Source: Gemmatimonadaceae bacterium (GTDB lineage: Bacteria; Gemmatimonadota; Gemmatimonadetes; Gemmatimonadales; Gemmatimonadaceae). Taken from it: a DNA stretch of 51,525 nucleotides. Positions 1 to 12,500 of this stretch are shown here, in pieces. Position 1 is the first letter of the stretch. Each line of letters starts with the position of its first letter. Location: positions 1 to 51,525 of the forward strand of contig JBBDYC010000004.1 of assembly GCA_040901985.1 (NCBI GenBank). The letters are read 5' to 3'. Position numbers and translations under genes: made by a program. The notes below the pieces were generated by a model, which saw only the letters and a program-made list of their open reading frames with translations, ran no database searches and was not told the origin of the DNA.

Positions 1-138
1 GCCCCTTTCCGTTGGTCAGCCCTTCAGCCGAGTTGGCGATGCGGCGGGCGCGCCCCTGGCCCATATTCCCCGGGAAGGCGCGCCAGCAGGACCCGGCGCG
101 CCCTTACACCTCATACCTCCCCCCCCCCCGCCGTTCTG

Positions 139-882
139 ATGATTGTCTTCGACGACGTCCACAAGGCGTTTGGCGACAACCTGGTCTTGCGCGGCTTCTC
201 CCTCGAGGTGAAGGAAGGCGAGACCGTCGCCATCATCGGCTTCTCGGGCACGGGGAAGTCGGTAGCGATCAAGCACATCGTCGGGCTCCTCGAGGCCGAC
301 GCCGGCCGCGTCTACGTGGATAACGCCGAGGTCGGGCGGATGTCGCGCCAGGAGCTCTACGCCCTGCGCGCCAAGATCGGCTACGTCTTCCAGTTCGCGG
401 CCCTCTTCGACTCGCTCACGATCTTCGACAACGTCGCGATGGGGCTCCGCAAGCAAGGGCTGCTGACCGAGCCGGAGATCACCGTCCGGGTCCACGAGGC
501 GCTCGACCTCGTGGACCTCGAGGACGACGTCGGCGGCAAGCTCCCCTCCGAGCTCTCCGGCGGGATGCGCAAGCGCGTCGGCATCGCCCGCGCCATCGCG
601 CTGCGGCCCAAGTACCTCCTGTACGACGAGCCGACGACCGGCCTCGATCCCGTCACCAGCGCGATCATCGACGCGCTGATGCTCCGGACCCAGAAGCAGC
701 TCGGGGTCACCGGGATCGTCATCACGCACGACATGCGCAGCGCCTACACAGTCGGCACGCGGATCGCGATGCTTCACGAGGGACGGGTGCGGCAGGTCGG
801 GACGGTCGCGGAGATCAAGGCGACCACCGACCCGATCGTCCGCCAGTTCATCGAGGGGCGTGCCGAGCCCGCGGCCGCGTGA
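139..882 (+). CDS. ABC transporter ATP-binding protein, MlaF/Mkl-like
   Basis: Walker A GFSGTGKS, signature LSGGMRKRVGIARA, Walker B LLYDEPTTGLDP, VFQFAALFDS typical of MlaF. Confidence 0.9.
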   Translation: MIVFDDVHKAFGDNLVLRGFSLEVKEGETVAIIGFSGTGKSVAIKHIVGLLEADAGRVYVDNAEVGRMSRQELYALRAKIGYVFQFAALFDSLTIFDNVAMGLRKQGLLTEPEITVRVHEALDLVDLEDDVGGKLPSELSGGMRKRVGIARAIALRPKYLLYDEPTTGLDPVTSAIIDALMLRTQKQLGVTGIVITHDMRSAYTVGTRIAMLHEGRVRQVGTVAEIKATTDPIVRQFIEGRAEPAAA

Positions 883-1325
883 CCCGCCACCGCAAGGCGA
901 AGGAGGAGGTGTCGGCCGGCGGCATCGTCTTTCGCCGCGAAGGCGACCAGCCCCTCTTCCTCCTCATCCGGGACCCCTACCGCAACTGGGGCTTCCCCAA
1001 GGGCCACCTGAAGGACGGCGAGGAGCCGGCGGCGGCGGCGCTGCGCGAGGTGGCCGAGGAGACGGGACTCGCCGAGCTTGAACTGCGCGCGCCGGTCGAG
1101 ACGATTGACTGGACGTTCCGGTTCCGCGGCCGGCCGGTCCACAAGGTCTGCCACTTCTTCCTGATGGAAACGCCGGAGCGGCGCACCGCGCCGCAGCGCG
1201 ACGAGGGAATCACCGCCTGTCGGTGGGCGGCGTTCGACGAGGCCCTCAAGTTGATTTCCTATGCCAACGCCCGCTCGGTGCTGGCCCGGGCCAACGCGCT
1301 GCTCGACGGCGTGGCGGCGAGCTGA
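879..1325 (+). CDS. NUDIX hydrolase (Ap4A-hydrolase-like)
   Basis: Nudix box PKGHLKDGEEPAAAALREVAEETGL; 4-nt GTGA overlap with upstream gene. Confidence 0.9.
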   Translation: MTRHRKAKEEVSAGGIVFRREGDQPLFLLIRDPYRNWGFPKGHLKDGEEPAAAALREVAEETGLAELELRAPVETIDWTFRFRGRPVHKVCHFFLMETPERRTAPQRDEGITACRWAAFDEALKLISYANARSVLARANALLDGVAAS

Positions 1326-1327
1326 CG

Positions 1328-2143
1328 GTGCCGGAGCGCCTCCTCGGTGACCTTCCCCCCACGGCGGTGGTGGCGTACGGCGTCCGTGAGCGGACGCGCG
1401 AACTGCTCCGCAAGAGCTTTCCCAAGCGGCGCGGCCGGCTCACCATCGTGCGCTCGCGCGACGGACTCCTCGGCGCGCTGCAGCAGACGATGGTGGACGC
1501 CGTCGTGGTGGACCTCGTCCAGCCGAGCGAGGACCACTGGGCCGCCGCCGCGCTGGCACGCGATTTTCCGAGCATTCCCTTCTTCGCGATCGCTGCTCTC
1601 CGGCCAGCCGACCTGCCGGGGATCGCCAAGGCGCTCACCCAGCTGGAGTTCGCCGACTGCTTGAGCGAGGGCGTGGACGACGCGGTACTGCGCGAGTTGA
1701 TCCTTCCGGCGACCTTCACGGCGCGATTCGCGATGGCCCTCCAGGGCGCCGAGCGCCGACTCGGGCTGACGAGCGACGTCCAGCGCCAGGCCTGGCGCCT
1801 GGTCATTGCGCACGGTGGCCGCACCGTCCGGACCGAGACGATTGCCCGGGCCCTTGGGCTCACCCGGGAGCACCTGAGCCGGCGCTTCGCCGCGGACGGG
1901 GCGCCGAACCTCAAGCGGGTGATTGACCTCGTGCGCCTCCTCGCCGCCGCGGAGCTCGCCAAGAATCCGGGCTACGACGTCCCCGACATCGCCCGCGTCC
2001 TCGGATTCGCCTCGGCGTCGCACCTGAGTGCGAGCTGCCAGCGCGTGATCGGCGTGAAGTCGGCGTCCTTGGCGCGGCTGCGGCCGACGGACCTGCTGGA
2101 CCGGTTCCTCAAGCAGGGGCGGGGGCGGTCGCGGGCTTCGTAG
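1328..2143 (+). CDS. AraC-type HTH transcriptional regulator with receiver-like N-terminus
   Basis: Two HTH motifs (IARALGLTREHLSRRF; IARVLGFASASHLS); GTG start chosen just after NUDIX stop. Confidence 0.75.
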   Translation: MPERLLGDLPPTAVVAYGVRERTRELLRKSFPKRRGRLTIVRSRDGLLGALQQTMVDAVVVDLVQPSEDHWAAAALARDFPSIPFFAIAALRPADLPGIAKALTQLEFADCLSEGVDDAVLRELILPATFTARFAMALQGAERRLGLTSDVQRQAWRLVIAHGGRTVRTETIARALGLTREHLSRRFAADGAPNLKRVIDLVRLLAAAELAKNPGYDVPDIARVLGFASASHLSASCQRVIGVKSASLARLRPTDLLDRFLKQGRGRSRAS

Positions 2144-2175
2144 GGCGGAGTGAGCACATTGCGGGAAGTCGTTGA

Positions 2176-2193
2176 TTGTGATTGTTTTCACAA
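2176..2193. promoter_or_regulatory. Rex/CRP-like palindromic operator upstream of atpA
   Basis: TTGTGATTGTTTTCACAA, one mismatch to TTGTGAA-N4-TTCACAA; AT-rich site in a GC-rich intergenic gap. Confidence 0.6.
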
Positions 2194-2286
2194 GCTCGAA
2201 AGATTTTGCCCCCACGCCCCTCGCGGCACCCCCAGATTTACCGGGCGCTAAACACCCGATCCCACCACGTTCTCCTCAGACCGACC

Positions 2287-3855
2287 ATGGCTTCCCAGAC
2301 GGCGCTGCGCCCGGGCGAGATCAAGGACATCCTCCTCCGCGAGATCGAAGCGGCGGACCTCAGCACCCTCGACGTCGAGGAGGTCGGGTCCGTCCTCGAG
2401 GTGAAGGACGGCATCGCCCGCATCTACGGCCTCCAGAAGGCGATGGCCGGCGAGATGCTCGAGATCAAGTCCTCGGAGACCGGCGAAAACGTCACCGCCC
2501 TCGCCCTCAACCTCGAGGAGGACAACATCGGCGCCGTGGTCCTCGGCGACTACCTCCGCTTGAAGGAGGGCGACGAGGTCCGCCGCACCGCCCGCGTGCT
2601 CGAGGTGCCGGTCGGTCCGGCGATGGTCGGCCGCGTGGTGGACGCCTTGGGGCGCCCGATTGACGGCCAGGGGCCGATCACCACCGCCACGTCGCGCAAG
2701 GTCGAGTCGGAGGCCCCCGGCATCATCGTCCGCCAGCCGGTGAGCGAGCCGATGCAGACCGGGATCAAGGCCATTGACGCGATGATCCCGATTGGCCGCG
2801 GCCAGCGCGAACTCATCATCGGCGACCGCGGCACCGGCAAGACCGCGATTGCGGTGGACACGATCATCAACCAGAAGGGCCAGGGCGTCGTCTGCGTGTA
2901 CGTCGCCATCGGACAGAAGGCGTCCACGGTGGCGAGCGTCGTGGAGAAGTTCAAGCAGGCCGGCGCGATGGAGTACACGATCGTCGTCGTCGCCTCGGCC
3001 TCCGACCCAGCGCCGATGCAGTACATCGCGCCCTACTCGGGCGTCGCGATGGCCGAGTACTTCATGTACCACGAGGGGAAGGCGACCCTCGTCGTCTACG
3101 ACGACCTCTCCAAGCAGGCCGCCGCGTATCGGCAGCTGTCGCTGGTGCTCCGCCGCCCGCCGGGCCGCGAGGCCTTCCCCGGCGACGTCTTCTACCTTCA
3201 CAGCCGCCTCCTTGAGCGCGCCGCGAAGCTCTCGGCCGACTCCAAGGTCATTGACAACAAGACGATCTTCGCCGCCGGCGGCTCGCTGACCGCGCTCCCA
3301 ATCATCGAGACGCAGGCGGGCGACGTCTCGGCCTACATCCCGACGAACGTCATTTCGATCACCGACGGCCAGATCTTCCTCGAGGCCGACCTCTTCTTCG
3401 CCGGCGTTCGCCCCGCCATCAACGTCGGCGTCTCGGTCTCCCGGGTCGGTGGCGCGGCGCAGATCAAGGCGATGAAGGGCGTCGCCGGCCGGCTCCGCCT
3501 CGACCTCGCCCAGTATCGCGAACTCGAGGCCTTCTCGGCCTTTGCCTCGGACCTCGACGCGGCCACCAAGCGCCAGCTCGACCGCGGCGCGCGCACGGTG
3601 GAGGTCCTCAAGCAGGGCCAGTACCGCCCGATGCCGGTCGAGCAGCAGGTGATGATCATCTTCGCCGTCAGCAATGGCTTCATCGACGACGTGGACGTGG
3701 CCAAGGTGCGCGACTGGGAAGCGGGGTTCCACGACTACATCAAGGCGCAGTTCCCGAACCTCGGCGACACGATCCGAAAGGAGAAGGTCGTCTCGAAGGA
3801 GACCGAGGCCGAACTCCGCCGCGCGATCGAACAGTACAAGGCGAGCCGGGCGTAG
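2287..3855 (+). CDS. atpA: F0F1 ATP synthase subunit alpha
   Basis: GDRGTGKT P-loop, [48 protein letters not shown]. Confidence 0.98.
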   Translation: MASQTALRPGEIKDILLREIEAADLSTLDVEEVGSVLEVKDGIARIYGLQKAMAGEMLEIKSSETGENVTALALNLEEDNIGAVVLGDYLRLKEGDEVRRTARVLEVPVGPAMVGRVVDALGRPIDGQGPITTATSRKVESEAPGIIVRQPVSEPMQTGIKAIDAMIPIGRGQRELIIGDRGTGKTAIAVDTIINQKGQGVVCVYVAIGQKASTVASVVEKFKQAGAMEYTIVVVASASDPAPMQYIAPYSGVAMAEYFMYHEGKATLVVYDDLSKQAAAYRQLSLVLRRPPGREAFPGDVFYLHSRLLERAAKLSADSKVIDNKTIFAAGGSLTALPIIETQAGDVSAYIPTNVISITDGQIFLEADLFFAGVRPAINVGVSVSRVGGAAQIKAMKGVAGRLRLDLAQYRELEAFSAFASDLDAATKRQLDRGARTVEVLKQGQYRPMPVEQQVMIIFAVSNGFIDDVDVAKVRDWEAGFHDYIKAQFPNLGDTIRKEKVVSKETEAELRRAIEQYKASRA

Positions 3856-3858
3856 GCG

Positions 3859-4728
3859 GTGGCCAAGGGTCGAGAGCTGAAGGGCCGCATCAAGTCCGTC
3901 GAGAACACGCGCAAGATCACGCGCACGATGGAAATGGTGGCGACGTCGAAGATGAAACGGGCGGTGGATCGCGTGGTGGCCGCGCGGCCCTACGCGCGCG
4001 CGCTCGCCGACGTCATCGCCAGTCTCTACAACCCGGCGCTCGCCGAGCGTTTTCCGCTGCTCCGGCAGCCGGCCAGGGAGGCGCGCGCGGCGCTCGTGCT
4101 GCTGACGTCCAATCGCGGGCTCGCCGGCGCCTTCAACGCGAACCTGATCAAGGAAGCCCGCGCCACGCTCGCCCGCCTTGAGGCCGCCGGCACCGCGGTC
4201 GAGCTCCACGTCGTCGGCAAGAAGGGGCTCGGCTACTTTCGGTACGTCGGGCGCGCGGTGGCCGTCTCCCGCACCGACATCACCGACCGACCGACCGCCG
4301 GCGACGCCTCGTCGCTCGTGGATGCGCTGATGGCGCGCTTCGTCACCGGGGAGCTCGACGCGGTGTACGTCGTCGGCTCGCGCTTCAACTCGGTGCTCTC
4401 CACGCCGCCGGCCACCGACCGGGTGCTCCCGGTGACGCCGCCGGCGAAGGCGGGGAAAGGTGGCCAGAAGGACTATCTGCTGTATCCCTCGGCCGAGGCG
4501 ATCCTCACCGAGTTGCTGCCGTCCTATGTTCGCAATGCCGTCTATCGCGCGCTCGTCGAGACCGTGGCCGCCGAGCAGGCGGCCCGGCGCACGGCAATGA
4601 AGAACGCCACCGACAACGCCGGCGACATGTTGAATCTCCTCCGCCGCACCTACAACCGCGCCCGCCAGGCGCAGATCACGCAGGAGATCGCCGAGATCGT
4701 CGGCGGTGCCTCCGCGCTCCAGGGCTAA
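3859..4728 (+). CDS. atpG: F0F1 ATP synthase subunit gamma
   Basis: KITRTMEMVA, C-terminal ARQAQITQEIAEIVGG. Confidence 0.98.
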   Translation: MAKGRELKGRIKSVENTRKITRTMEMVATSKMKRAVDRVVAARPYARALADVIASLYNPALAERFPLLRQPAREARAALVLLTSNRGLAGAFNANLIKEARATLARLEAAGTAVELHVVGKKGLGYFRYVGRAVAVSRTDITDRPTAGDASSLVDALMARFVTGELDAVYVVGSRFNSVLSTPPATDRVLPVTPPAKAGKGGQKDYLLYPSAEAILTELLPSYVRNAVYRALVETVAAEQAARRTAMKNATDNAGDMLNLLRRTYNRARQAQITQEIAEIVGGASALQG

Positions 4729-6173
<1,445 letters not shown>

Positions 6174-6174
<1 letters not shown>

Positions 6175-6434
6175 TGGCCGGCACGCTGAAGGTCTCGGTG
6201 ATCAGTCCGGAGGCGACCCTCTTCGAGGGCGAGGCGCCGTCGGTGGTCGCGCCGGCCTTCGACGGCGAGGTGGGGATCCTGCCGATGCACGCGCCGATGG
6301 TGACCACCCTCGGTAGCGGCGTGCTCCGCATCGGCATCGGCGACGGAGCCGACCGCTTCCAGGTGGAAGGCGGCTTCCTGCAAGTGGTGGACAACGTCGT
6401 GCGCGTGGTGACGGAGAAGGCGTCGAAGGTCTGA
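6174..6434 (+). CDS. atpC: F0F1 ATP synthase subunit epsilon (short form, beta-sandwich only)
   Basis: GEVGILPMHAP, GGFLQV; TGATG coupling to atpD. Confidence 0.92.
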
Positions 6435-6466
6435 GCTTGCGCGGTGCAGCGCGGCCCGGCGCGGAA

Positions 6467-6493
6467 CGAAACGCCACGCGAGGTTTATTCGTC
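6467..6493 (+). promoter_or_regulatory. Candidate ECF-sigma promoter (GAAAC-N17-CGTC)
   Basis: cGAAAC gccacgcgaggtttatt CGTC about 60 nt upstream of the ORF at 6557. Confidence 0.35.
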
Positions 6494-6556
6494 AGGCGTG
6501 TGCGAGCCGGTGGCAATGGCGCACGCGCGTTTTCCCACTCCTCACGACCCCTCCCA

Positions 6557-7165
6557 ATGCTCCGTCGCCCGATCATTTTCGCGACCGTACTTGCCCTGTG
6601 CGGCACCCCGCTGGCGGCGCAGGTCGGCCCCTACCCGGCCTTCCAGCCCACGCGCGTGGCCGAGCGCGAGTACAACTTCGTGCTCGCCGATTTCCAGGGC
6701 GGCACGGCCGTGGTCTTCCAGTGGCGCGAAGCGCTCAGCGGGGCGCGGTCCCAGTTCACCGCCGAGTTCGGAATGGCCGATTTCGGCGCGGACGCGGCGC
6801 TCCTCCTCGGCGGTAGCTTCCACCTTCAGCTGACGCGCGCCACCGACGACCTCCCGTTCGACATGGTCCTCGGCGGTGGGATGGGCGTGACGCTCATCAA
6901 CGACGCGAGCATCTTCCTGATCCCGTTCGGCGTGGCGATCGGCCACCGCTTCCCGCTTGAGGGCGCGTTCGCCATCACGCCGTACGTGCACCCGCGCCTG
7001 ACCTTCGCGAGCGTGAACGGGAACTCGGACGCCGACATCAGCTTCGACCTTGGCGGCAACTTCGAGATCAACAGCCAGATGCAACTCCGGCTGGCGGCGA
7101 CACTCGGCGGCTTCGACGCGGTGGGGCTCTCCTTCGCCTGGCTGCCGCGCGGCCTCAGGCGCTAA
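6557..7165 (+). CDS. Secreted hypothetical protein, probable outer-membrane beta-barrel
   Basis: Signal peptide ending LAA-Q; alternating amphipathic strands; GLSFAW near C-terminus. Confidence 0.65.
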   Translation: MLRRPIIFATVLALCGTPLAAQVGPYPAFQPTRVAEREYNFVLADFQGGTAVVFQWREALSGARSQFTAEFGMADFGADAALLLGGSFHLQLTRATDDLPFDMVLGGGMGVTLINDASIFLIPFGVAIGHRFPLEGAFAITPYVHPRLTFASVNGNSDADISFDLGGNFEINSQMQLRLAATLGGFDAVGLSFAWLPRGLRR

Positions 7166-8438
7166 GGAGCCGTTCGACGAGCGTCGCCGAACGGTCGGCG
7201 GCGCCGAGCCCCTGCTGGACGAGGGCGCGCGCCGAGGTTCCGGCGCGCCCCCTCGTGTCTGGTTCCGTGAGTACGATGCGCAGGGCGCGCGCCAGCGAGG
7301 CGGCATCGTCCACCACGACGGCGCCGGCGCAATCGAGCAGGAGCCGCGCATCGCGACTCGCGTGGTGGCGCGGCCCGAACAGCACCGGCGCGCCGAACGC
7401 CGCCGGCTCGAGCACCGAGTGGAGCCCGGCGGCGTGGAATCCGCCCCCGACGTACGCCGCGTCGGCGACGGCATAGAGGTCGCCGAGCACCCCGACCCGG
7501 TCCACCAGCACCACGTCGTGCTCGGGCCGCGCCGCGTCCAGCGTGGCGATCGAGAGCGACGCTCCGGCCGCCCAGCGCCGGATTGGCTCGAGGTGCGCCG
7601 CAATCGGCTCGTGCGGCACGACGATCAGCCGCGCATCGGGCACCTCGCGCCGGACGTCGAGCCACGCCGGGAAGAGGACCCGCTCGTCGGCGGGCCAGGT
7701 CGAGCCGGCGACGAGGGTCGGTCGCTCGGAGTGGAGCGGTGCGAGCAGCGTTCCGGCGCGGTCGGCGGCGGCGGCGCGCGCCGCCACTTGGTCGTAGCGT
7801 GTGTCGCCCGTGACGGAGATGCGCTCTCGCCGGGCCCCCGCCGCCACGAGCCGGCCTGCGTCGGCCTCGTCGACCGCACCGATCGCGTCGAGCGCGGCAA
7901 AGGCGTCGCGCGTGAGCGCACGGGCGAGCGTGCCGCGCCGCGCCGACCCCGCGGCCATCGTTGCCGAGATCAGGCCGAGACGCACGCCGCGGGCCGCCGC
8001 GGTCTCGGTGAGCATCGGCCAGACGTCCACCTTGGAGAAGACGAGCGCGGTTGGACGGAGCGCATCGAGCAGTGCGCGCGCGTGCGCCACGCGGTCGAAC
8101 GGCAGATAATCGGCGACATCCGCGCCGAGCGAGGCGGCAAAGCGCTCGGCGCTCGGTGAGAAGTGCGTGTAGACCACCTGCAGCTCCGGGCGGAGCGCGC
8201 GCACTCGCTCGAGCACCGGCCTTGCCTGCAATCCCTCGCCTACCGATGGGGCGTGCATCCAGAGGAGGGGACGCGAGGGGTCGCGATGCACGGCCGCCCA
8301 GGTGCTCAGGCGCTCGACCGCGCCGCGGCGGGCGCGCAGGCTGTGCCCCACCTTGCCGGCGCCGCCAATCGGCGTGTGCGCAATCGCGTCGGCGGCGAGG
8401 GCGAGCGCGCGGTACGGGAGCCGGAGAAGGGGGTGCAT
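7155..8438 (-). CDS. waaA: 3-deoxy-D-manno-octulosonic acid (Kdo) transferase
   Basis: WMHAPSVGE, VTGDTRYD, VAGSTW, YVGGGF, HSVLEPAAFG. Confidence 0.88.
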   Translation of the reverse strand: MHPLLRLPYRALALAADAIAHTPIGGAGKVGHSLRARRGAVERLSTWAAVHRDPSRPLLWMHAPSVGEGLQARPVLERVRALRPELQVVYTHFSPSAERFAASLGADVADYLPFDRVAHARALLDALRPTALVFSKVDVWPMLTETAAARGVRLGLISATMAAGSARRGTLARALTRDAFAALDAIGAVDEADAGRLVAAGARRERISVTGDTRYDQVAARAAAADRAGTLLAPLHSERPTLVAGSTWPADERVLFPAWLDVRREVPDARLIVVPHEPIAAHLEPIRRWAAGASLSIATLDAARPEHDVVLVDRVGVLGDLYAVADAAYVGGGFHAAGLHSVLEPAAFGAPVLFGPRHHASRDARLLLDCAGAVVVDDAASLARALRIVLTEPDTRGRAGTSARALVQQGLGAADRSATLVERLLSA

Positions 8439-8471
8439 CGGCCGGGAGGGCGGGGCGCGCGCGGGACTCGC

Positions 8472-9191
8472 CTAGCGAGCCGGGGGCGACGACGGCGCGC
8501 GCGCGGCGTCGGCGAGCGCCGCCTCGATTGCGTGCGCGAAGACCTCGTACGGCTGCGCCCCGATGATCGTCCGACCGCCGATGAAGAATGACGGCGTGGA
8601 GCCGATCCCCACCCGGACGCTCCGCTGATAGTCCGCGCTGATCAGGGGCCGCGTGTGTCCGTCGGCCAGGCACCGCTGCAGCCGGTCGTGGTCGAGCGGC
8701 AACGTCCGTGCGAGCGAGTCGAAGTACGCCACGGCGTCGCCGCGGCCCTTCCACGACGCCTGCGTGGCGAAGAGGGCGTCGGCCACCGGCCAGAAGCGGT
8801 CCTGCTCTGCGCCGCACATCGCCAGCTCGTGCGCTGGCTGCGCATTGCGATGCGTGGCGATGGGAAAGTTCAGGTAGGCGACGCGCACCTTGCCGCTGCG
8901 GACGTACTCCCGCTCGATGCGGGGCGCGGTCTCGTCGTGCCAGCGCTTGCAGAACGGGCACTGGAAGTCGGAGACGACGACCACCCAGACGGGGGCCCGG
9001 TCGCCGCCCTTGATCCGACCCAGGTCGGCGCGGGAGATGACGCCTTGGCGGAGGGAGTCCGTTGTGGCAGCAACCTCTGGCGGCGGCCCGGAATCGCGGC
9101 GGGGCGGGCCGTCAGCGGCGGCGTTTCCGCAGGCGCCGGCGAGGAGCAGGAGGGCCGTCGGGAGGACTATCCGGAGGGGCGCACTATTCAT
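8472..9191 (-). CDS. DsbA-family thioredoxin-fold lipoprotein
   Basis: Lipobox AGAC, SDFQCPFC, STPSF, GAQP. Confidence 0.88.
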   Translation of the reverse strand: MNSAPLRIVLPTALLLLAGACGNAAADGPPRRDSGPPPEVAATTDSLRQGVISRADLGRIKGGDRAPVWVVVVSDFQCPFCKRWHDETAPRIEREYVRSGKVRVAYLNFPIATHRNAQPAHELAMCGAEQDRFWPVADALFATQASWKGRGDAVAYFDSLARTLPLDHDRLQRCLADGHTRPLISADYQRSVRVGIGSTPSFFIGGRTIIGAQPYEVFAHAIEAALADAARAPSSPPAR

Positions 9192-9381
9192 AAGGAAAGG
9201 ATAGCGGCGGGCGGCCGAGGCCGGAACAGGGGCCCGAAAACGGGGTTGTGACGCGGCCCCGGCCGGGCGGGTAGGGGAGGGTGAATGCGTGGAAACCTGT
9301 GACGGCGCGCACAGCGCCCGGGTGGGTCGGCTCACGTGGGCCGGGCACCGGGGGGCTGGCTGGGGACGGGGGATGCGAGGG

Positions 9382-9414
9382 TTGCGCCCCTGTGACCTAG
9401 GCGTTACCGTAACG
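9382..9414 (+). promoter_or_regulatory. Sigma70-like promoter for susC with overlapping palindrome
   Basis: TTGCGC-N17-TACCGT; CGTTAC-C-GTAACG inverted repeat at 9402-9414. Confidence 0.45.
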
Positions 9415-9550
9415 GGCCTTCGGTTCCCCCTTCCCTCGGGAGGGGCAGTTGGTGTCGTGTCCGTGCATCGCCCCCGGCGAGTACGGTTTTGCTGGTGGGT
9501 GACGGCACGTTCGCACGTGATCGTCAGGTCGGAAAACCCCTTCACGAGGT

Positions 9551-12500
9551 ATGCACATGCTGGAACGAGTCGGGATGCGGAGGCTTGGGGCCTCCATTCT
9601 CGCGTTGCTCCTCTCGTTCGCGACTGCCGAGGTCGTGTCCGCGCAAAGCGCGGCGACGATCACCGGACGGATCACGAATGAGACCGGCCAGCCGCTGTTC
9701 GGCGCTGGTGTCGGTATCGAGGCGCTCGCGATCCGTGTCGGTACGGATGAGGACGGCCGCTACACCATCACCGTCCCCGGCGCCCGCGTCCGCGGGCAGC
9801 AGGTGGTACTTCAGGCGCGCCTCTTCGGCTACGCGCCACAGGTGAAGTCCATCACCCTGTCGGAAGGGTCACAGACACACGACTTCGTCCTGCGCACGGA
9901 CGTGAACCGCATGACGGCGGTCGTCGTGACCGGCGTGGCGGAAGGCACCGAGAAGACCAAGGTGCCCTTTACGATCGCCCAGGTGACGGCAGAGGATATG
10001 CCGGTCCCGGGCGCGAATGCGTTCTCGCAGTTGCAGGGCAAGGTCGCCGGCATGCAGATCTCGTCGTCCACCGGTCGTCCCGGTGCCGACCCGCAGATCC
10101 TGCTCCGCGCCCCGCTCTCCATCAACGCCAGCGGCCGCGGCCAGCAGCCGCTCGTCATCGTTGACGGCATCATCTTCCAGGGCGGCATCTCGGACGTGAA
10201 CCCGCAGGACATCGAGAGCGTCGAGGTCGTGAAGGGTGCGGCCGCCGCCTCGCTCTACGGGTCGCGCGCCGGCAACGGCGTCATCCAGATCACCACCAAG
10301 CGCGGCAAGGGGCAGACCAACGACGGCATCCGCTTCAATGTCTCGACCGAGTACGGGGCGAGCGACATCGAGCGCGATCCGGGCCTGTCCCGGTCGTCGG
10401 GACTGGTGATGAACGAGGACTACTCGCGCTATTGCGTTGTGACGGTCGCGCCCGCGCCGGGCGGCCAGCCGGCGTGCACGTGGACCACTTCGATGGAGCA
10501 GGAGATTCGCCGGGTCAACGACATCGTCGCCCCGGTGACGCTGGCGACGCGCTCGTTCATCGGTGATGCCGGCATTTCGTCGGCCCCGACGGGCACGATG
10601 CTCCGGCACAACTACCAGGTGAATCCCTGGGTCCGGACGTACGAGCCGGTGAAGCAGATGCTCACCAACGGCGCGTTCATGAACACCAACGTCTCGATGT
10701 CGGGACGGATTGCCGGGACCAACGTCTTTGGCTCGGTGAGCAACCTGAACCAGGCCGGGTCGGTCCTCTACCTCGACGGCTTCGACCGCAACGGCTTCCG
10801 CCTCAACGCGGACCAGCAGGTCGGCGAGAACTGGTCGATTTCCGGGACCTCGTTCTTCAGCAAGAGCTACTCGGACGGCCAGAACTTCGTCGGAGGCAAT
10901 GCCCGTCCGTGGTTCAGCCTCTCCCGGACGCCGGCCTTTGCCAACATCCTGGGCCGTGACTCGCAGGGCCGCCTCCACCCGCGGCACAATCCGCTCGTCC
11001 AGGGGAACCAGAACTACAACCCGCTCATGGACCTCGCCTTCACGCGCCAGTACCAGGAAGACTCGCGCTTCCTCGGGAGCCTCGCGGTGAAGTACCGTCC
11101 GTTCACCTGGGCGGATGCCGAGTGGAACTTCGGCTACGACTATGCGACGGGCACGGCGGAGGCAATGCGCGACAAGGGCTTCCGCACCTCGGCGCAGAAC
11201 ATCTCACAGCCGGCCGGCTTCTTCGCGCGCGGCAACGCATTCGGCCAGTCGCTCAACACCGCGCTGAACGTGACGATGCGCCGGCAGTTGACGTCGGACC
11301 TCAACGGGTCGGTCTCGCTGCGCTATCTCTACGAGCAGCAGGACAACCTCAGTGACGGCCTCAGCGGGGGAACGATTGCCGTCGCGGGCCTTCGCACGGC
11401 GTCGGCGACGACGACCGGCTTCAGCATCAGCTCGGGCCAGTCCACCGTGTCGCAGATCGGGCTCTTCGCGACCGGCCGTCTTGACTATATGGGCAAGCTG
11501 ATCTTCGACGGCCTCGTCCGTCGGGACGGCGCCTCGGTGTTCGGCATTGACAACCGCTGGCAGACCTACGGGCGCGCCTCGATTCTCTACCGCCCGTCGG
11601 AAGAGGCCTGGTGGTTCGCCAAGGACGTCGTAAATGAGTTCAAGCTCCGTGCGGCCTACGGAACGGCGGGCAACCGGCCGATCTTCAGCGCCCAGTACGA
11701 GACGCTGTCCATCGGGTCGGGCGGCACGCTGACCCCAGCGACGCTCGGCAACCCGCTCCTCGGGCCCGAGGTCGTGCGTGAGACGGACATCGGCTTCGAC
11801 GCCGAGTTGTTCAACCGGTACGGCGTGGAGTTCTCGGTCATCAAGGCCGTCGCCGACGACCAGATCCTCCTGGTGCCGATCTCGGCCTCGGCCGGGTTCA
11901 GCAACCAGTGGCGCAACGCTGGCACGCTGACGAACGACATCGTGGAGGGCGCGCTCAACGTGCCGATCCTCGAGGCGTGGAACGGCGTGTCCTGGAGCAC
12001 CCGCGTGGCGTTCGACATGCCGAAGAGCAAGATCACCCAGCTCGACGTGCTGCCGTTCTTTACCTCGGCAGCGGGCGCGCAGGGCACCGCCGCGATGTTC
12101 TTCATCGGCGAGGGCGAGGACTTCGGCAACATCAACGGCGTCGCGTTCGTGACGAGCTGCCGGGAGTTCCCGGCGGCCTTCCAGGCGCGCTGCGGTGAAG
12201 GGAAGGAGTGGCAGAAGAACGACGATGGGTTCGTCGTCTGGGTCGGGCAGGGCAACACGTGGCGCGAGGGCATCACCAAGAATCTCTGGAATGCCGTCAA
12301 CCCGGCCTCGGACAGCCCGTGGGGCGCGACCGCGTCGCGTACCAATCAGTGGGGCATGCCGATGCGCATCCGCAACGCGGATGGAACCGCGGTCTCGACC
12401 AACGTCAACGGGTCGGCCATCCCGTCGCTCCGCTGGTCAATGGGCCACAACGTGAGCTGGAACAAGGTCAGCGGCTACGTGCTGTTCGACGCAATCCAGG

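Noticed and set aside
9192..9550. Known riboswitch (e.g. cobalamin or TPP) upstream of the TonB receptor
   Set aside because: No conserved riboswitch core was recognised; only generic hairpins.
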